DNA of 64,000 nucleotides from Octopus sinensis (GCF_006345805.1 NW_021833459.1:1-64000), one strand, 5' to 3'; numbered from the stretch's first letter, positions 13,641 to 26,770 are shown. A program made the numbers and translations. Notes: a model not told the origin generated them from the sequence alone.

Positions 13641-13966
13641 AAAACATTATTGGTGAATTGAAGAAATGGAGATAACGCAGATTGAACAGAAATCGTTTTA
13701 TTTCATTCTACACGTGTTTCGAAAGGCACAAATTACCAAAATCCGATTGAATAATGGGACCATATTGTGTCTTTCTCTTAAGGAAGAAAAAAGGAAATCC
13801 GTTGGAAAAACAAAAACAGAACAGAGGCAGAGCAAAAAACAAATCGAACTGTGCTCCTAAGAGCCCATGGCGAAACTGTTTATCAGTGTATGTTGTAGAA
13901 TGAAATAAAACGATTTCTGTTCAATCTGCGTTCAGCTCCATTTCTTCAATTCACCAATAATGTTTT
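13641..13966. mobile_element. Head-to-head inverted pair of Penelope-like pLTR 3' ends
   Basis: ~71-bp inverted repeats at 13641-13711 and 13895-13966, each preceded on its own strand by a hammerhead-like motif and containing AATAAA. Confidence 0.6.
13701..13790 (-). ncRNA. Degenerate type-I hammerhead ribozyme motif
   Basis: UUUUCUUC-CUUAAGA-GAAAGACACAAU...AUUUGUGCCUUUC-GAA-ACACGUGU-A-GAAUGAAA: long stem II, palindromic stem III, GUA triplet. One core substitution (G5->U). Confidence 0.5.
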
Positions 13967-14234
13967 ATATATTATATATGTATAATATATATGTATTATA
14001 TATATGTATATATATGTATTATCTATAGATATAGTATATAATATATGTTATATATATGTATTATATAATTGTATATTATATATATATATATGTGTGTATA
14101 TATATATGTATATATATATATATGTGTTTGTATATATATAGGTATATATATATATATATATTGTTATATATATGTATATATATATATATGTATAATATAT
14201 ATGTAATATATATATGTATCTATATATATGTTAT

Positions 14235-14281
<47 letters not shown>

Positions 14282-14763
14282 TATATATATGTTATATATA
14301 TAATGTTATATATATATATGTATATATATATAGTGATATATAGAGTATATGTATATATTATATATTAATATATATATATATGTATATATATATATATGTA
14401 TATATAATATATATGTATGATATATATATATGATATATATGTATTATATATATATATGTATATATATATTATGTAGATATATATATATGTATATATATAT
14501 ATAGTATATATATATGTATATATATATATGTATATTATATATATATTATATATATATATGTATATATATATGTATATATATATGTAGTTATATATATGTA
14601 TTATATATATGTATTTATATATATGTATTTATATATATGTATTTATATATATATGTATGTATATATATGTATATATGTATATTATGTATATATGATATAT
14701 GGTATATATGTGTATATATGTATATGTAGTGTATATATGTAGTTATATATGTATATGTATATA

Positions 14764-14796
<33 letters not shown>

Positions 14797-15165
14797 ATAT
14801 ATATGTATAATATATATGTATATATATGTATTATATATGATATAGATATATGTATAATATATATATGTATATATATGTATATGTATATATATATGTAATA
14901 TATATATGTATATATATATATAGATATGTATATATATGTATATGTATATATATGTATAATATATATAGTATATATATATATATGTATATATATATGTATA
15001 TATATATGTTATTATATATGGAATATATGTATATAATATATATATGTATATATATATATACATGTATATATATGTAATATATATGTATATATGTATTTTA
15101 TATATGTATGTATATATATGTATATATTATATGTATATATATCTATATATGTATGTATATATATG

Positions 15166-15219
<54 letters not shown>

Positions 15220-15220
15220 T

Positions 15221-15252
<32 letters not shown>

Positions 15253-15439
15253 TGTATATTATATATAGTATATAATATATATGTATATATATTATGTATA
15301 TATATATATATATGGTATATATATATATGTGTATATAATATATATATGTATATATATATATGTATATATATATATATGTATGTATATATATGTATATATA
15401 ATTATATGTATATATATATATGTATATTATATATATATG

Positions 15440-15470
<31 letters not shown>

Positions 15471-15840
15471 GTATGTAATATATATATGTATATATATATA
15501 TATATTAATATATATATATGTATATATTATCTATATATTGTATATTAATATATGTTATATATATATAATATATATGTATAATATATATATGTATTATATA
15601 TATATGTGATATATATATATATGCATGTATATATATATATGTTATATATATATATGCATATATATCTATATATATATATATATATGTATATTATATATGA
15701 TATATATATATATAGTATATATATGTATATGTATATATAGTATATATAATATGTATATATTATATGTATATATATATATATGTATTATATATATATATAT
15801 GTATGTATATATAGAATGTATATGTATATATATATGTATG

Positions 15841-15889
<49 letters not shown>

Positions 15890-16082
15890 ATATATATATA
15901 TATATATATATGTATGTATATATATATATATATATGTATATAATTATATATTGTATGTATATATATATATATATGTATGTATATATATATATATATATTA
16001 TGTATATATTATATATAGATATATATATATGTATATATTATATATATATATATATGTATGTATATATTATATATAATATATG

Positions 16083-16125
<43 letters not shown>

Positions 16126-16147
16126 TATATATATATATATATGTATG

Positions 16148-16178
<31 letters not shown>

Positions 16179-16239
16179 ATATAATATATATATATATATG
16201 TATGTATATATATATCTATATATTATATATATATGTATG

Positions 16240-16270
<31 letters not shown>

Positions 16271-16398
16271 TATATATATATATATATATGTATGTATATA
16301 TATATATTATATATATGTTGTATATATATTATATATATATATGTATTTTATAATATATATATATGTATGTATATTATATATATATATATATATGTATG

Positions 16399-16430
<32 letters not shown>

Positions 16431-16445
16431 GTATATATATATATC
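13967..16445. repeat. ~2.5 kb degenerate (TA)n/(TATG)n satellite
   Basis: Seen directly; it is the source of the poly-YI ORFs. Confidence 0.97.
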
Positions 16446-17519
16446 TATATGCATTGTTCTAATAGTGAAGAAGTAAATCCAAATAGTGATATTTGGAAGT
16501 CATTTAATATGTACTTTTCAAGTTTGCATAAATTATAGTAGGAAATGTATCCACTAGGTAAACGTCCCTCATAACTCAAAGCCACTGAAAACTTGCCGGT
16601 TTTGACTCTACTAAAGGTTTTTTTTTTATTTCATTCGAGACGAAAATTCCTCTGGCTTGAATCACTATTTTCTTAAAGATCGTTTGTAACCATTTTTAAT
16701 ATAACGAGCTATTTATTCCCTCATCCCATGTTTCATTGAACCTGCAACTCTTGGATATACGTGTACAATGAAAGTAAGTATACAATGAGCGTAAGTATAT
16801 TTGTGTGAGCCAGTATATATTTATGTGTGTATCTGTTGATGGTAGTTGAATCTTACAGCTATACAGCGGGCTAACATTTATCTCAATGAAGCAAATGCCG
16901 TTGATATTACTACTCTTTGACGTTTGTAGATTTCTCTTTTTCACCACGTGCCTGTCCACTTGCCTGTTTGCTGTTTCATTGCGTGCATGTGATAGTTAGT
17001 GTGAAATTAAGCATGATATAAATATCTATATAAATATTTTAGCGGGTTTTATCAGAAGCGGCATACGCTGTATGTATGAGTGTTTTTGAGTTTGATTTAA
17101 GTTCTACTTGTGAGAGTTGTTCACAAAGCAAGACATTTTGAATTACGATAGTAGTTACCGGTATTTGGAAATATGCGATTATGTTGGTGCGTGTGTGTGT
17201 GTGCGTACGTGTGTGTGGGTATAAAATTATCGTGAAGGCAGATGTGTAGCACAAGAGATATCTAATCCGTTAAAGTGAATTAATCGATATTTCTAAAATA
17301 GATAATTTATTAATTCGTGGTTGTCTATATATATATATGCCATACATTTTGAAAGTACTAGCAATATATTAGGCCATTATAAAATATAACTGAAATATCA
17401 GTTGAGATTAAAATAGAACAATCAAACGTTTTGCAAAATGAGTAAAGATGAAAAATACTATATTTATCTTGATATATAAATATAGATAAATGTAGACCAC
17501 ACACACATACATACATGCT

Positions 17520-17534
17520 TACATGTATATATAA

Positions 17535-17581
<47 letters not shown>

Positions 17582-17735
17582 ATTATATATGTATATATAT
17601 TATATATATGTATATATATTATATATGTATATATATTATATATATGTATATATATTATATATGTATATATATTATATATATGTATATATATATTATATAT
17701 GTATATATATATATAACATATATATATATATATTT
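17520..17735. repeat. (TA)n-derived microsatellite with ~21-bp higher-order unit
   Basis: Repeated TATATTATATATGTATATATA-like units. Confidence 0.9.
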
Positions 17736-17757
17736 GTTCGTGTGTGTGTATGTGTAT

Positions 17758-17845
17758 TTCGGGGTCAATAAATTAAGTACCAGTTGCGTTCCCTGATCGA
17801 CTGGCCCCCTTACCAAAAAGTTCGGGCCTTGTTCCTAGAGTATAA
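17758..17845 (+). mobile_element. SINE family B fragment
   Basis: TTCGGGGTCAATAAATTAAGTACCAGTT matches the family B central domain. Confidence 0.6.
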
Positions 17846-18064
17846 AAATGTATATATATATATATATATATATCAATCAATCATTAATTAAACAATCTTA
17901 GGGTAGCAAGAATATTTATCGAAAAATTCTTTGTTACCAATGATCTAGCGAGAAGGAAAAATTTAGTTAACAGACACTACACTTATATATATGAAAGAAT
18001 GTTTGAAAATGCAATTTTAAAAGATGTGTATTCACTTGACCGGTTTCACTGTTTTAAAAAATGA

Positions 18065-18475
18065 TTACTCTTTACTCTTTTACTTGTTTCAGTCATTTGA
18101 CTGCGGCCATGCTGGAGCACCGCCTTCAGTCGAGCAAATCGACCCCGGGACTTATTCTTTGTAAGCCCAGTACTTATTCTATCGGTCTCTTTTTGCCGAA
18201 CCGCTAAGTGACGGGGACGCAAACACACCAGCATCGGTTGTCAAGCAATGCTAGGGGGACAGACACAGACACACAAGCACACACACATACATACATATAT
18301 ATACATATATACGACAGGCTTCTTTCAGTTTCCGTCTACCAAATCCACTCACAAGGCATTGGTCGGCCCGGGCCTATAGCAGAAGACACTTGCCCAAGAT
18401 GCCACGCAGTGGGACTGAACCCGGAACCATATGGTTGGTTAGCAAGCTACTTACCACACAGCCACTCCTGCGCCT
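18065..18475 (-). mobile_element. tRNA-derived SINE family A, full length
   Basis: Minus strand: A box TGGCTGTGTGG, B box GGTTCAGTCCC, TTGGGCAAGTGTCTT core, internal (TA)n(TG)n, (GAGTAAAA)n-type tail. Near-identical to the copies at 25.1, 26.0, 27.4, 33.4 and 62.6 kb. Confidence 0.92.
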
Positions 18476-18699
18476 ATTGTCAAAAATGTAAAAGCTTTGT
18501 CTTGTGAGGTACTGGTTGTCAGAAAATATTACAATACATCTATACATTCTTTGGTAATAATAAGAACATGTTAAAAACATCTTGGGAAAATATAAAAAAG
18601 TTCATTAAAATATTGGGCACAAAAAATTACAATACATATATATATGTATTGTGATTCAGTATTGTAATATAATAAAATATATTGTAATTTTGTATTGTA

Positions 18700-18870
18700 A
18701 TGTATTGTAATGTAATATCATCGAAAAATACCTTAGAAATGAGAACGCAGGCTCGAAATTTTCCCATGACACCTGATGAACGCTGGGGGGTATATCTGCC
18801 CAAACGTTGTGTTAATAACAAACAAGATAGGAACAAATATCCGTCAAATGTAAATAATGTAAATAATAAG
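18700..18870 (+). mobile_element. Hammerhead-tailed element (family D), head-less decayed copy
   Basis: ATCGAAAAATACCTTAGAAATGAGAAC...GACACCTGATGAACGCTGGGGGGTATATCTGCCCAAACGTTGTGTTAATAACAAACAAGATAGGAACAAATATCCGTCAAATGTAAAT is homologous to both arms at 59088-59526. The core has G12->C. Confidence 0.8.
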
Positions 18871-20574
18871 AAATGCTATCAAAATCAATCGGTGTATAAA
18901 TTTTAGTGCAAATATCCTTCACAAGTTTAATTCTATTCTATAGTATAACTCAGTACGCATATTAAAATGATCAACAAATTTTATCCAATTCCAATACCAA
19001 TTTTTTTTTTTAGAATAAATATTCTCTGGCAAATTTTATTTCTGGAAACATTGTTCATTAGCTTTGTCGTCCTTCATGTTATTGATGGGTCATTAATATT
19101 ATTGCTGGGTTTTTCCCCTTTAATCACTTTTTTCTTATATTTTTTTCCTTTTGATATCTAAATAGCAGAGAGCTTTTGAGTTCTTTGTTTGTTGTTAATT
19201 TACAACGAAATTTCTCATTTCTATTTTGATATGAAATGTTATATTATTTGAGCAAATTTCATTTTAATGTGTCTTCAATTTATTTTGTCTTTGATGCGAT
19301 CGGATTCTTTTCCGCCTTTTTGCTTGCAGTACCATTTTAGTTGTTGCTTCATTCAAAACTCTTTAGAGTAAAATGTTATTAACTTGCACCTGGTCATGTT
19401 TATTGAGTATTTTGTATTCTTAATTTAATTTCGCAATTGAGAATGAAGAGGCGCTAACCGTAGCTTCTGTATTATAGCCTAAACTAGTGGAAACTGATAT
19501 ACATAAAGATCAATTATTACTACAGAAGTTTATAGCAAACGGTGGGTATTATACAACCGTACATGTATGGCAAATAGAGGTTGGTCAAAATGCTAAACAT
19601 TAGATTTTGCGTTAAATCTACTGCAAGATTGGGAGTTGAATCTAAGTGTTGATTTAGAATTAGATAAAATCAATAGGTTTACAGTTCTTTTGCAGATGAA
19701 GGGATTCGGGTGTAGCGAGAAATGAGGTTAGATTTCAAGATATAATCGAAAAAAATAATGCGTGTAACTCCTGCAAGTTCCCATTTATTTCAAATTTTTT
19801 TGCATGTAACCTACCCTATTTTTAGTACACCGGCCAAGTACACCATTACTCAAGGCTTTTCTGAAATTAAACATTCGCATCAACGAAATCTCCAGGCTAC
19901 GAGATAATACATGATAGGCAGAAAATGAGGCGAATCATCATGTTTTACAGGTATACATGAAATCATTACATTGGATTTTAAATGGTTCAGCAACATTGAT
20001 ACGACCTCTAGAACGCTAGCAGTTTTGTTTCATTTTTTCACTATTATGCCGTTTTATAAACAGCTTTGCTTAATATAATTCTAAATTGCCAAAGTTATTG
20101 TGTTAAACAATAAATATATAGCTGAAAGTATGGAGCTGGTGACAAACGTATTGTAGATACTCTCTTAAGACATTCTTACCTCGTCCGAGTTTTAAACCAT
20201 TCTCTAGCCCCGCAAAGTATTCATACTTCTGTTACTTAAAGGGTTACACGTAGAGGAATCATACATTTAGCATTTACTTGATGATAGATCTTTCAGGCCA
20301 ATTCTTGTCAAATTCATAACTTATTCTTGTAAAAATTAATAGACATTTCTAAACTTATTCATAACGAATGGCAAAATATATCTGGAATTAGTCTGTCTTT
20401 TCGGCATTATTCTGACCATGTTTCTATGTGATTAGACCTCATCAGTATAATATACTATTACCAGTACTTACCAGTTATGTGAATGCAGGCGTGAATATAC
20501 AGGCGTTGAGCGAAATCAAGACATTTATTAATGAGATCTGATTCTGATTTAGTCACAAACCGAGCACTTTCGAG

Positions 20575-20750
20575 TGTAGGACATATGTCAATACCATCGA
20601 CCACAACATATTTTGGTACTTTATTTTAGTGACCTCAGAAAGGTAAACTCATTTTGTACCTTTCAGAATTAGAGCTTAGAGCATAAAACCCGATTGAAAC
20701 AACGCAAACCGTTTTGTCCAACGCACTATCGATTCTGCTATGTCACAATC
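20575..20750 (-). mobile_element. Highly degenerate SINE family B-like copy
   Basis: TTGGTACTTTATTTTAGTGACCTCAGAAAGG...CCAACGCACTATCGATTCTGC resembles the family B antisense strand. Confidence 0.4.
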
Positions 20751-22019
20751 ATAGACAACCTGAAAGAATGACAATGAGAGCCAAAGTTAAGTGGAGGCCG
20801 ACTTAATGTTTTGAGCGTAAAATGGTCTAACATATAAAATTACAATCACAATGATATGTATGTGTGTGGTTATGTGTATTAATATACGATGAATTAAACA
20901 TGTATACTCAATATATATCGTAGACATTACTTGTGTTAATTATTATGATGAATGCGTAAATTTCAATGCCTGATATTTCGGTTATATATTAGTATGTAAC
21001 TGTAAAGAAAGACACGAAACGTATTGTGGCACTAAACATATAAACATATATAGGATGAAAGACAGATGAAAGATTGATTAATAACTCGATGCCTTCTCAG
21101 AAGGTGACTGATCACATTTACCGATTTACTAATGCCATACAAAACATTCCATTACACTCCACCGAATTTGAAAGATCTCGCTTGATGATTACTTTTAAGA
21201 ATAGATAACATTTGTATTTATTTCTTAACCGCAGAAATATCTTCTCGGCAAATAGCTCGCCAACATAATTTATTTTACTTCACTTAACTTTATTTCTTAA
21301 GAACCATTGTTCTCTAGAGTTTCAGATGTTGAATTTTATTGTAATTTTATTGTCCGAGTTCTGTCAAAGAATTACAATGATTGCTACTGTTTGTGGTCCG
21401 TATAAAGCTACATTGTTGAAACGTATCTCACAGACAAGGTTATAACATGGATATAGTAGGGGACATATTGGATGGCCGGAACACCATTGAATGCTTCCAC
21501 TTAATGAAGTGTACCTCAGACAAGATTGATTGGCAGGGCTCTCAGGTATCAAAATGACTACTTACTTTGCTTCAGGCAGTGAGTTACTTCTACCCAATTG
21601 TTAGTTATTTCCTTGAATAATACTACACAATATACAAGTCTGATGCCTTAGTTATATTCTCAAAATAGTCTATGGCATCGGTTTCTTTCGAAGAAACAAT
21701 TCTCGCAGTTAATTTTCCAGTAATGTTATTAAATCGATATATCTTTCTCAAATACTACGCAAAGAGTTACAAAAGTAGGTGATTTGTAAAAGTGTGGGAC
21801 AGTTATTAAGATATACACCAATGCATGCATTAACATGTGGGGTGTGCGTTCATGAAAACCAACTATTCCTCCATGGTTAGCGTGTAGTATATTGTAAATG
21901 ACAATGAAAGGTGCAAATAAATTTGCTCAGAAAAAATGAACTGAAATAAATTGATACTAATCATGATGATAATAATAATGATAATAATAATAATAATAAT
22001 AATAATAAAATTCGAGTAA

Positions 22020-22160
22020 TATTTCGAGCATTGGGTATGATAAAAAACTTACGAAAATAAAGTGGAAACTACACCTATCCGTGAATACCACGCACTATCC
22101 AAAACTTAGAACTGCTAGGAACAGCCCAGTTCCTACACAAGTCACTTTCAGTTCAATTGT
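22020..22160 (+). mobile_element. R4/Dong-like LINE extreme 3' fragment
   Basis: Translates ALGMIK...IQNLELLGTAQFLHKSL (RLE C-terminal LLGTAxxLxKxL motif) and directly follows (AAT)n at 21962-22010. Confidence 0.6.
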
Positions 22161-22351
22161 AGAATCCAAATAAGGTAATATATAAAATGTGAAACAGAAT
22201 CTCTACCATAAATATCCTGTAAAATAAACAAACACCGCAAGGTCACAAGCTGTTTGTCTTGATATGAGATCAATATATCACGCACATATGGTTGTAATGC
22301 ATGTGCCTGGTGTAAAATTACTACTACTAATAATAATGTATATATAAATAA

Positions 22352-22510
22352 TACTGGCTTCAAATTTTCCACAAGGGGAGGAGTAAGTCGATTATAAGGG
22401 GAGGAGTAAGTCGATTGCATTCACTCAGTGCTCGATTGGTACTTATTTTATCAACCCCGAAAGGATAAAAGGCATAGTCGACCCCTGCGGAATTTTAACT
22501 CAGAACGTAA
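22352..22510 (-). mobile_element. SINE family B, partial
   Basis: GGTACTTATTTTATCAACCCCGAAAGGATAAAAGGCATAGTCGACC...GGAATTTTAACTCAGAACGTAA, with a tandem duplication of AAGGGGAGGAGTAAGTCGATT. Confidence 0.8.
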
Positions 22511-22523
22511 ATAATAATAATAC

Positions 22524-23200
22524 CAATGGGGGCAGAAGCACTCATATGCGCAGCTCAGGAACAAGCGTTAAGGACCAACTATTTGAAGTGCAGAATAGAC
22601 AACACTACCGATAGTAACAAACGCAGAATGATTGGTGAGAGGATTAAAACTGTATGGCACATCGTTAGAGAATGCCCGAAATTGACATAAGTTGATACAA
22701 AAATGTCATGACAATGTTGCAAGAATGATCCATTGGGAGCTCTGTGGAAATCACGGCCTAGAAAGAGCAAAGACGTGCTATGAGCAAACGGCTGAAGGAA
22801 TCATCGAAAACAAGAACTGGAAAATCCAGTGGGATGCAATGGTCCAGTCCGATCACCAGACCAAACATCGGAGATGTGGTGAATAAAAAAGTAAGAACAT
22901 GTATGATTATCGACATAGCATGCCCCGGTGACAAAAGATTAATGTGAAAGTAGTGAGTTTAAACAACTATGACGATTTGAATTGGGAAATACGAAGGTTG
23001 TGGTCAATGAAGAGAGTGGGCCTGATACCACCACTCAACTACCAGCATGACTGAAAAAGATTAGTGCAAGTGTGACGGTAGAACATCTACAAATATCAGC
23101 CTTGCTTGGAACTGCAAGATTTCTTGAAGCATAACCAGTAAACAAGTGTCACCTTAGTCTGCTGCCTGTGGACAGCTGACGCTTTCTATCATACCCAGCA
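22524..23200 (+). mobile_element. R4/Dong-like non-LTR retrotransposon, 5'-truncated (zinc knuckle + RLE), decayed
   Basis: AEALICAAQEQALRTNYLKCRIDNT, TVWHIVRECP, HDNVARMIHWELC, IIDIACPGD and LLGTARF motifs, flanked on both sides by (AAT)n-like sequence. Confidence 0.88.
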
Positions 23201-25099
23201 ATAGTAATCATAATAATACATGTAAATTAGAACGCCCCAACTTCTATAAGGACATACATATTGGCATTCCAGTTAATGGATAAAGAAACAAGTTAATATA
23301 GAATATTGTGCAAGGAGCTAATTACTCCGCGCACAGATTTAACTTTAGTTAATCCTACACAAGCTTGTATCACGAGTTCGGGTCACTGAAAAACTCGTGT
23401 ACTGCTTTAAACAAAAGTCCATCAAAACTGAATTCGTATAACGTTTTTAGAAGCAAGGCTGGGTTTAGCTTTGACAAATGTGATGAAGTCTAGATTTTCA
23501 ACGCTGAATTGAAAATTCAGATCTGTTCAGTATGCCAAGTTTGAGAGTATGAATTTGAACATATAGACACACATACATACATACATACATACATGCATGC
23601 ATAAACGCACACGCACACATACACACAAACACATGCTCATATATTTACATGCACGTATGCAGTATTTGAACTCTAATATTTCTATTATATTCCTGTAAAA
23701 ATTTCTGATGTTCAAAATTTGTTACAGTTGTGTATTGGTAAACAGTTATTTTCTCAAAAAATATTTTTCAATTATTTCAAAAATACACATATACGCGCAC
23801 TAGAAGCACGGAGAAAAGAAAATACGCTAATATATATATATATGAATCTGTGTGTGCGCGATCGCGTGCATGCGTGTGTGTATGTGTGTGTTTGTATGTT
23901 TGTGTGCGTGTGTGTGAATGTATTTGTGTGTGCGTGACTGTACTTATATGGTGTCTGTATCTTAACATATAATATAAATTTTCTGCAGCATATACTTTAC
24001 GCATTTCTTTTTTTAAAAATATGAATACTATATTTTAAAGAACAGCACTGTATTCAAATATAATATCGTGTAGTCTTTGTTCCACAGTTACTATAATATC
24101 GATATGTTATGAGAATAAAGATGCTGACCTATTTCTGCATTTCTATGAATCTAAACTATGTAGAGATCGTTCTGCTTTTAGTTTTATTTAGGCAATTACC
24201 CAAATGGTACAGCCTTGGCAGCATTTACAAAGATGGAGAGTATACGAATGTTTAGGATACAGCTTCGAGTTGACAACTTGATGCTTTCGAAATATCTTCT
24301 ATTGTATACATATGTATGTTTATTATTATTGAGGCCTGTCTGATTGATTTTCTGTACGATCTTCGAGTAATTTCTGCTAGCAAATGTGTTCGTTTCACGC
24401 TCTTTCACAAGCTTGCGTTTGTGTCTGTGTTTTAATTGATTTTTCTTGATCGACCTGTCGACTCTACTGATATATCTATGTGTTGGCGTCGTTTGATATT
24501 TGCATATTATGTTATGTTGTTGCATTTTTATATGCTGTGTGTTAGACGTCATAATGTATTGGCCATTTCTGTTTAATAAATAGAAAGCCTGATTGATGTT
24601 TGTTTGCTATTTACGAGGTAATTCTATATCAAATGGACTCATTATTGTTCAGTGTCGGTCTGTCTTTCACCACCAATAATGTAGTCTATTAATGAGTGTT
24701 GAGTTCGATTTTTGCAAAGAAGTGCGTAGGCAACATATCTGAACACAGCATTTACTTAAATAAATTGAAGATGCAGTTATTTTTAAGAACTAATATCAGT
24801 TCCATAGAAAATAAATCATTTGGGAGGGTGAGAGTTTTTGAACATTGAAAGGACAGGGACAAACTATGTAACTCAAACCCGATATTGAATTGACGTATGG
24901 AAGTAGTACAAAATTTATTGGCAAATTAGGATAATTAGGAGAATACACATAGTGGCAGTAAAAAGACTGGCAAATTAAGTCAAATACTGCTGTGAGGGAG
25001 CAAATGTAGAAAGTGGGGGATTAAAAATGGAAGGAAAGAAACGTGAATTAAAGAAGAAGAGAAGTAATCCTGAAATATAATAATAATAAATAGACCAGG

Positions 25100-25258
25100 A
25101 GGCGCAGGAGTGGCTGTGTGGTAAGTAGTTTGCTAACCAACCACATGGTTCCGGGTTCAGTCCCACTGCGTGGCATCTTCTACTATAGCCCCGGGCCGAC
25201 CAATGCCTTGTGAGTGGATTTAGTAGACGGAAACTGAAAGAAGCCTGTCGTATATATG

Positions 25259-25303
<45 letters not shown>

Positions 25304-25520
25304 TTGTGTGTCTGTGTTTGTCCCCCTAGGATTGCTTGACAACCGATGCTGGTGTGTTTATGTCCCCGTCACTTAGCGGTTCGGAAAAAGAGACCGATAG
25401 AATAAGTACTGGGCTTACAAAGAATAAAGTCCGGGGTCGATTTGCTCGACTAAAGGCGGTGCTCCAGCATGGCCGCAGTCAAATGACTGAAACAATTAAA
25501 AGAGTGAAAGAGTAAAAGAG
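25100..25520 (+). mobile_element. SINE family A
   Basis: A/B boxes and tail as in the other copies; a 13-bp deletion between TCTT microhomologies removes GGGCAAGTGTCTT. Confidence 0.92.
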
Positions 25521-25960
25521 ACCATTACATTAAAAACACATAAACAGAGGATGAGTGATAGAGAAATGAGAGATTTTTATAAAGGAGAAAATAAACTTCG
25601 AGTAGAGGCATTGTTGTTGTTCAGCCACATGCCCTCAGTGATCTAGCGGACGTTAGTGCCAATACTGCCCACTCGTTACCACCGGCTATGTTGGTCTAAT
25701 TACATAGCGCAGTAAATCGGTACTTTTCTAAAATATGGTCGGAGATTATATGAGAGATATTTGGTTGTTATTTGAAGGAGATCGAGCATTTACATCGAGA
25801 CCACAAGTCGCTGCGTTGAAATATGATAATGCTCGGTGTATAAGAAGGATACCAGAAATGCAAGGTTCTTTGCAGTGAAAACGGAAAGGAAAAAATTAAT
25901 TTAAAAATAAACGAGACGGACAAACAAATAAAGTGCTGTACATCAGCTGTATCATATCTC

Positions 25961-26189
25961 TCTCTTTTACTCTTTTACTTGTTTCAGTCATTTGACTGCG
26001 GCCATGCTGGAGCACCGCCTTTAGTCGAGCAAATCGACACCGGAACTTATTCTTTGTAAGCCCAGTACTTATACTATCGGTCTCTTTTGCCGAACCGCTA
26101 GTGACGGGGACGTAAACACACCAGCATCGGTTGTCAAGCAATGCTAGGGAGACAAACACAAACACACAAACACATACACACACACACAC

Positions 26190-26223
<34 letters not shown>

Positions 26224-26384
26224 GACAGGCTTCTTTCAGTTTCCGTCTACCAAATCCACTCACAAGGCATTGGTCGGCCCGGGGCTATAGCAGAAGACAC
26301 TTGCCCAAGATGCCACGCAGTGGGACTGAACCCGGAACCATGTGGTTGGTTAGCAAGATACTTACCATAGCCACTCCTGCGCCT
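25961..26384 (-). mobile_element. SINE family A
   Basis: Full-length reverse-complement copy. Confidence 0.92.
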
Positions 26385-26770
26385 GGTAAATGATAAACTA
26401 TATCTTTTGTATATTAAATTCTAACTAATGAAGCTTTTACCATCTGCGTGTACAGTATGCATGAGAATTAGCAATTAAATTACTATACCGATTATCATGT
26501 TTCTCGAGGTTCGGAAAAAATTGCATAAAAACTTACAACGTGACGATAGATCTTAATCAAGTGAATAAAGAATGTTTTCAATGTTCTAGCGAAGTAAACT
26601 TGGAGAAAGTTTACGATAGTAAATATATACTTTTAGAAGCAAATAATGTGGGAAATTGCAGATCGTTCACTATACTTTGCGTTCACAACGAGCCACATGC
26701 TTTCAGAATGAGTAGTCATGAATACGTCTGTAAGCATGTATATATGTATGCCAATATCTTTACCTATCTA

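Noticed and set aside
13967-16538. Many long Tyr/Ile-rich ORFs (and similar VC/HT-rich ORFs elsewhere)
   Set aside because: They are translations of (TA)n, (TG)n and (CA)n repeats, which lack stop codons in some frames; they are not genes.
20401-20460. Minus-strand CTGATGA...GAAAC-ATG-GTC hammerhead-like string
   Set aside because: The core words and GUC triplet are present, but neither stem I nor stem II pairs convincingly.
21433-21546. Possible plus-strand exon (CTCACAG acceptor, CAG|GTATC donor, QGYNMDIVGDILDGRNTIECFHLMKCTSDKIDWQGSQ)
   Set aside because: No recognisable homology and no compatible neighbouring exons; splice-like words are common by chance.
24196-24552. 118-aa minus-strand ORF
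   Set aside because: No domain or motif recognised and no canonical start context; compatible with chance in AT-rich DNA.
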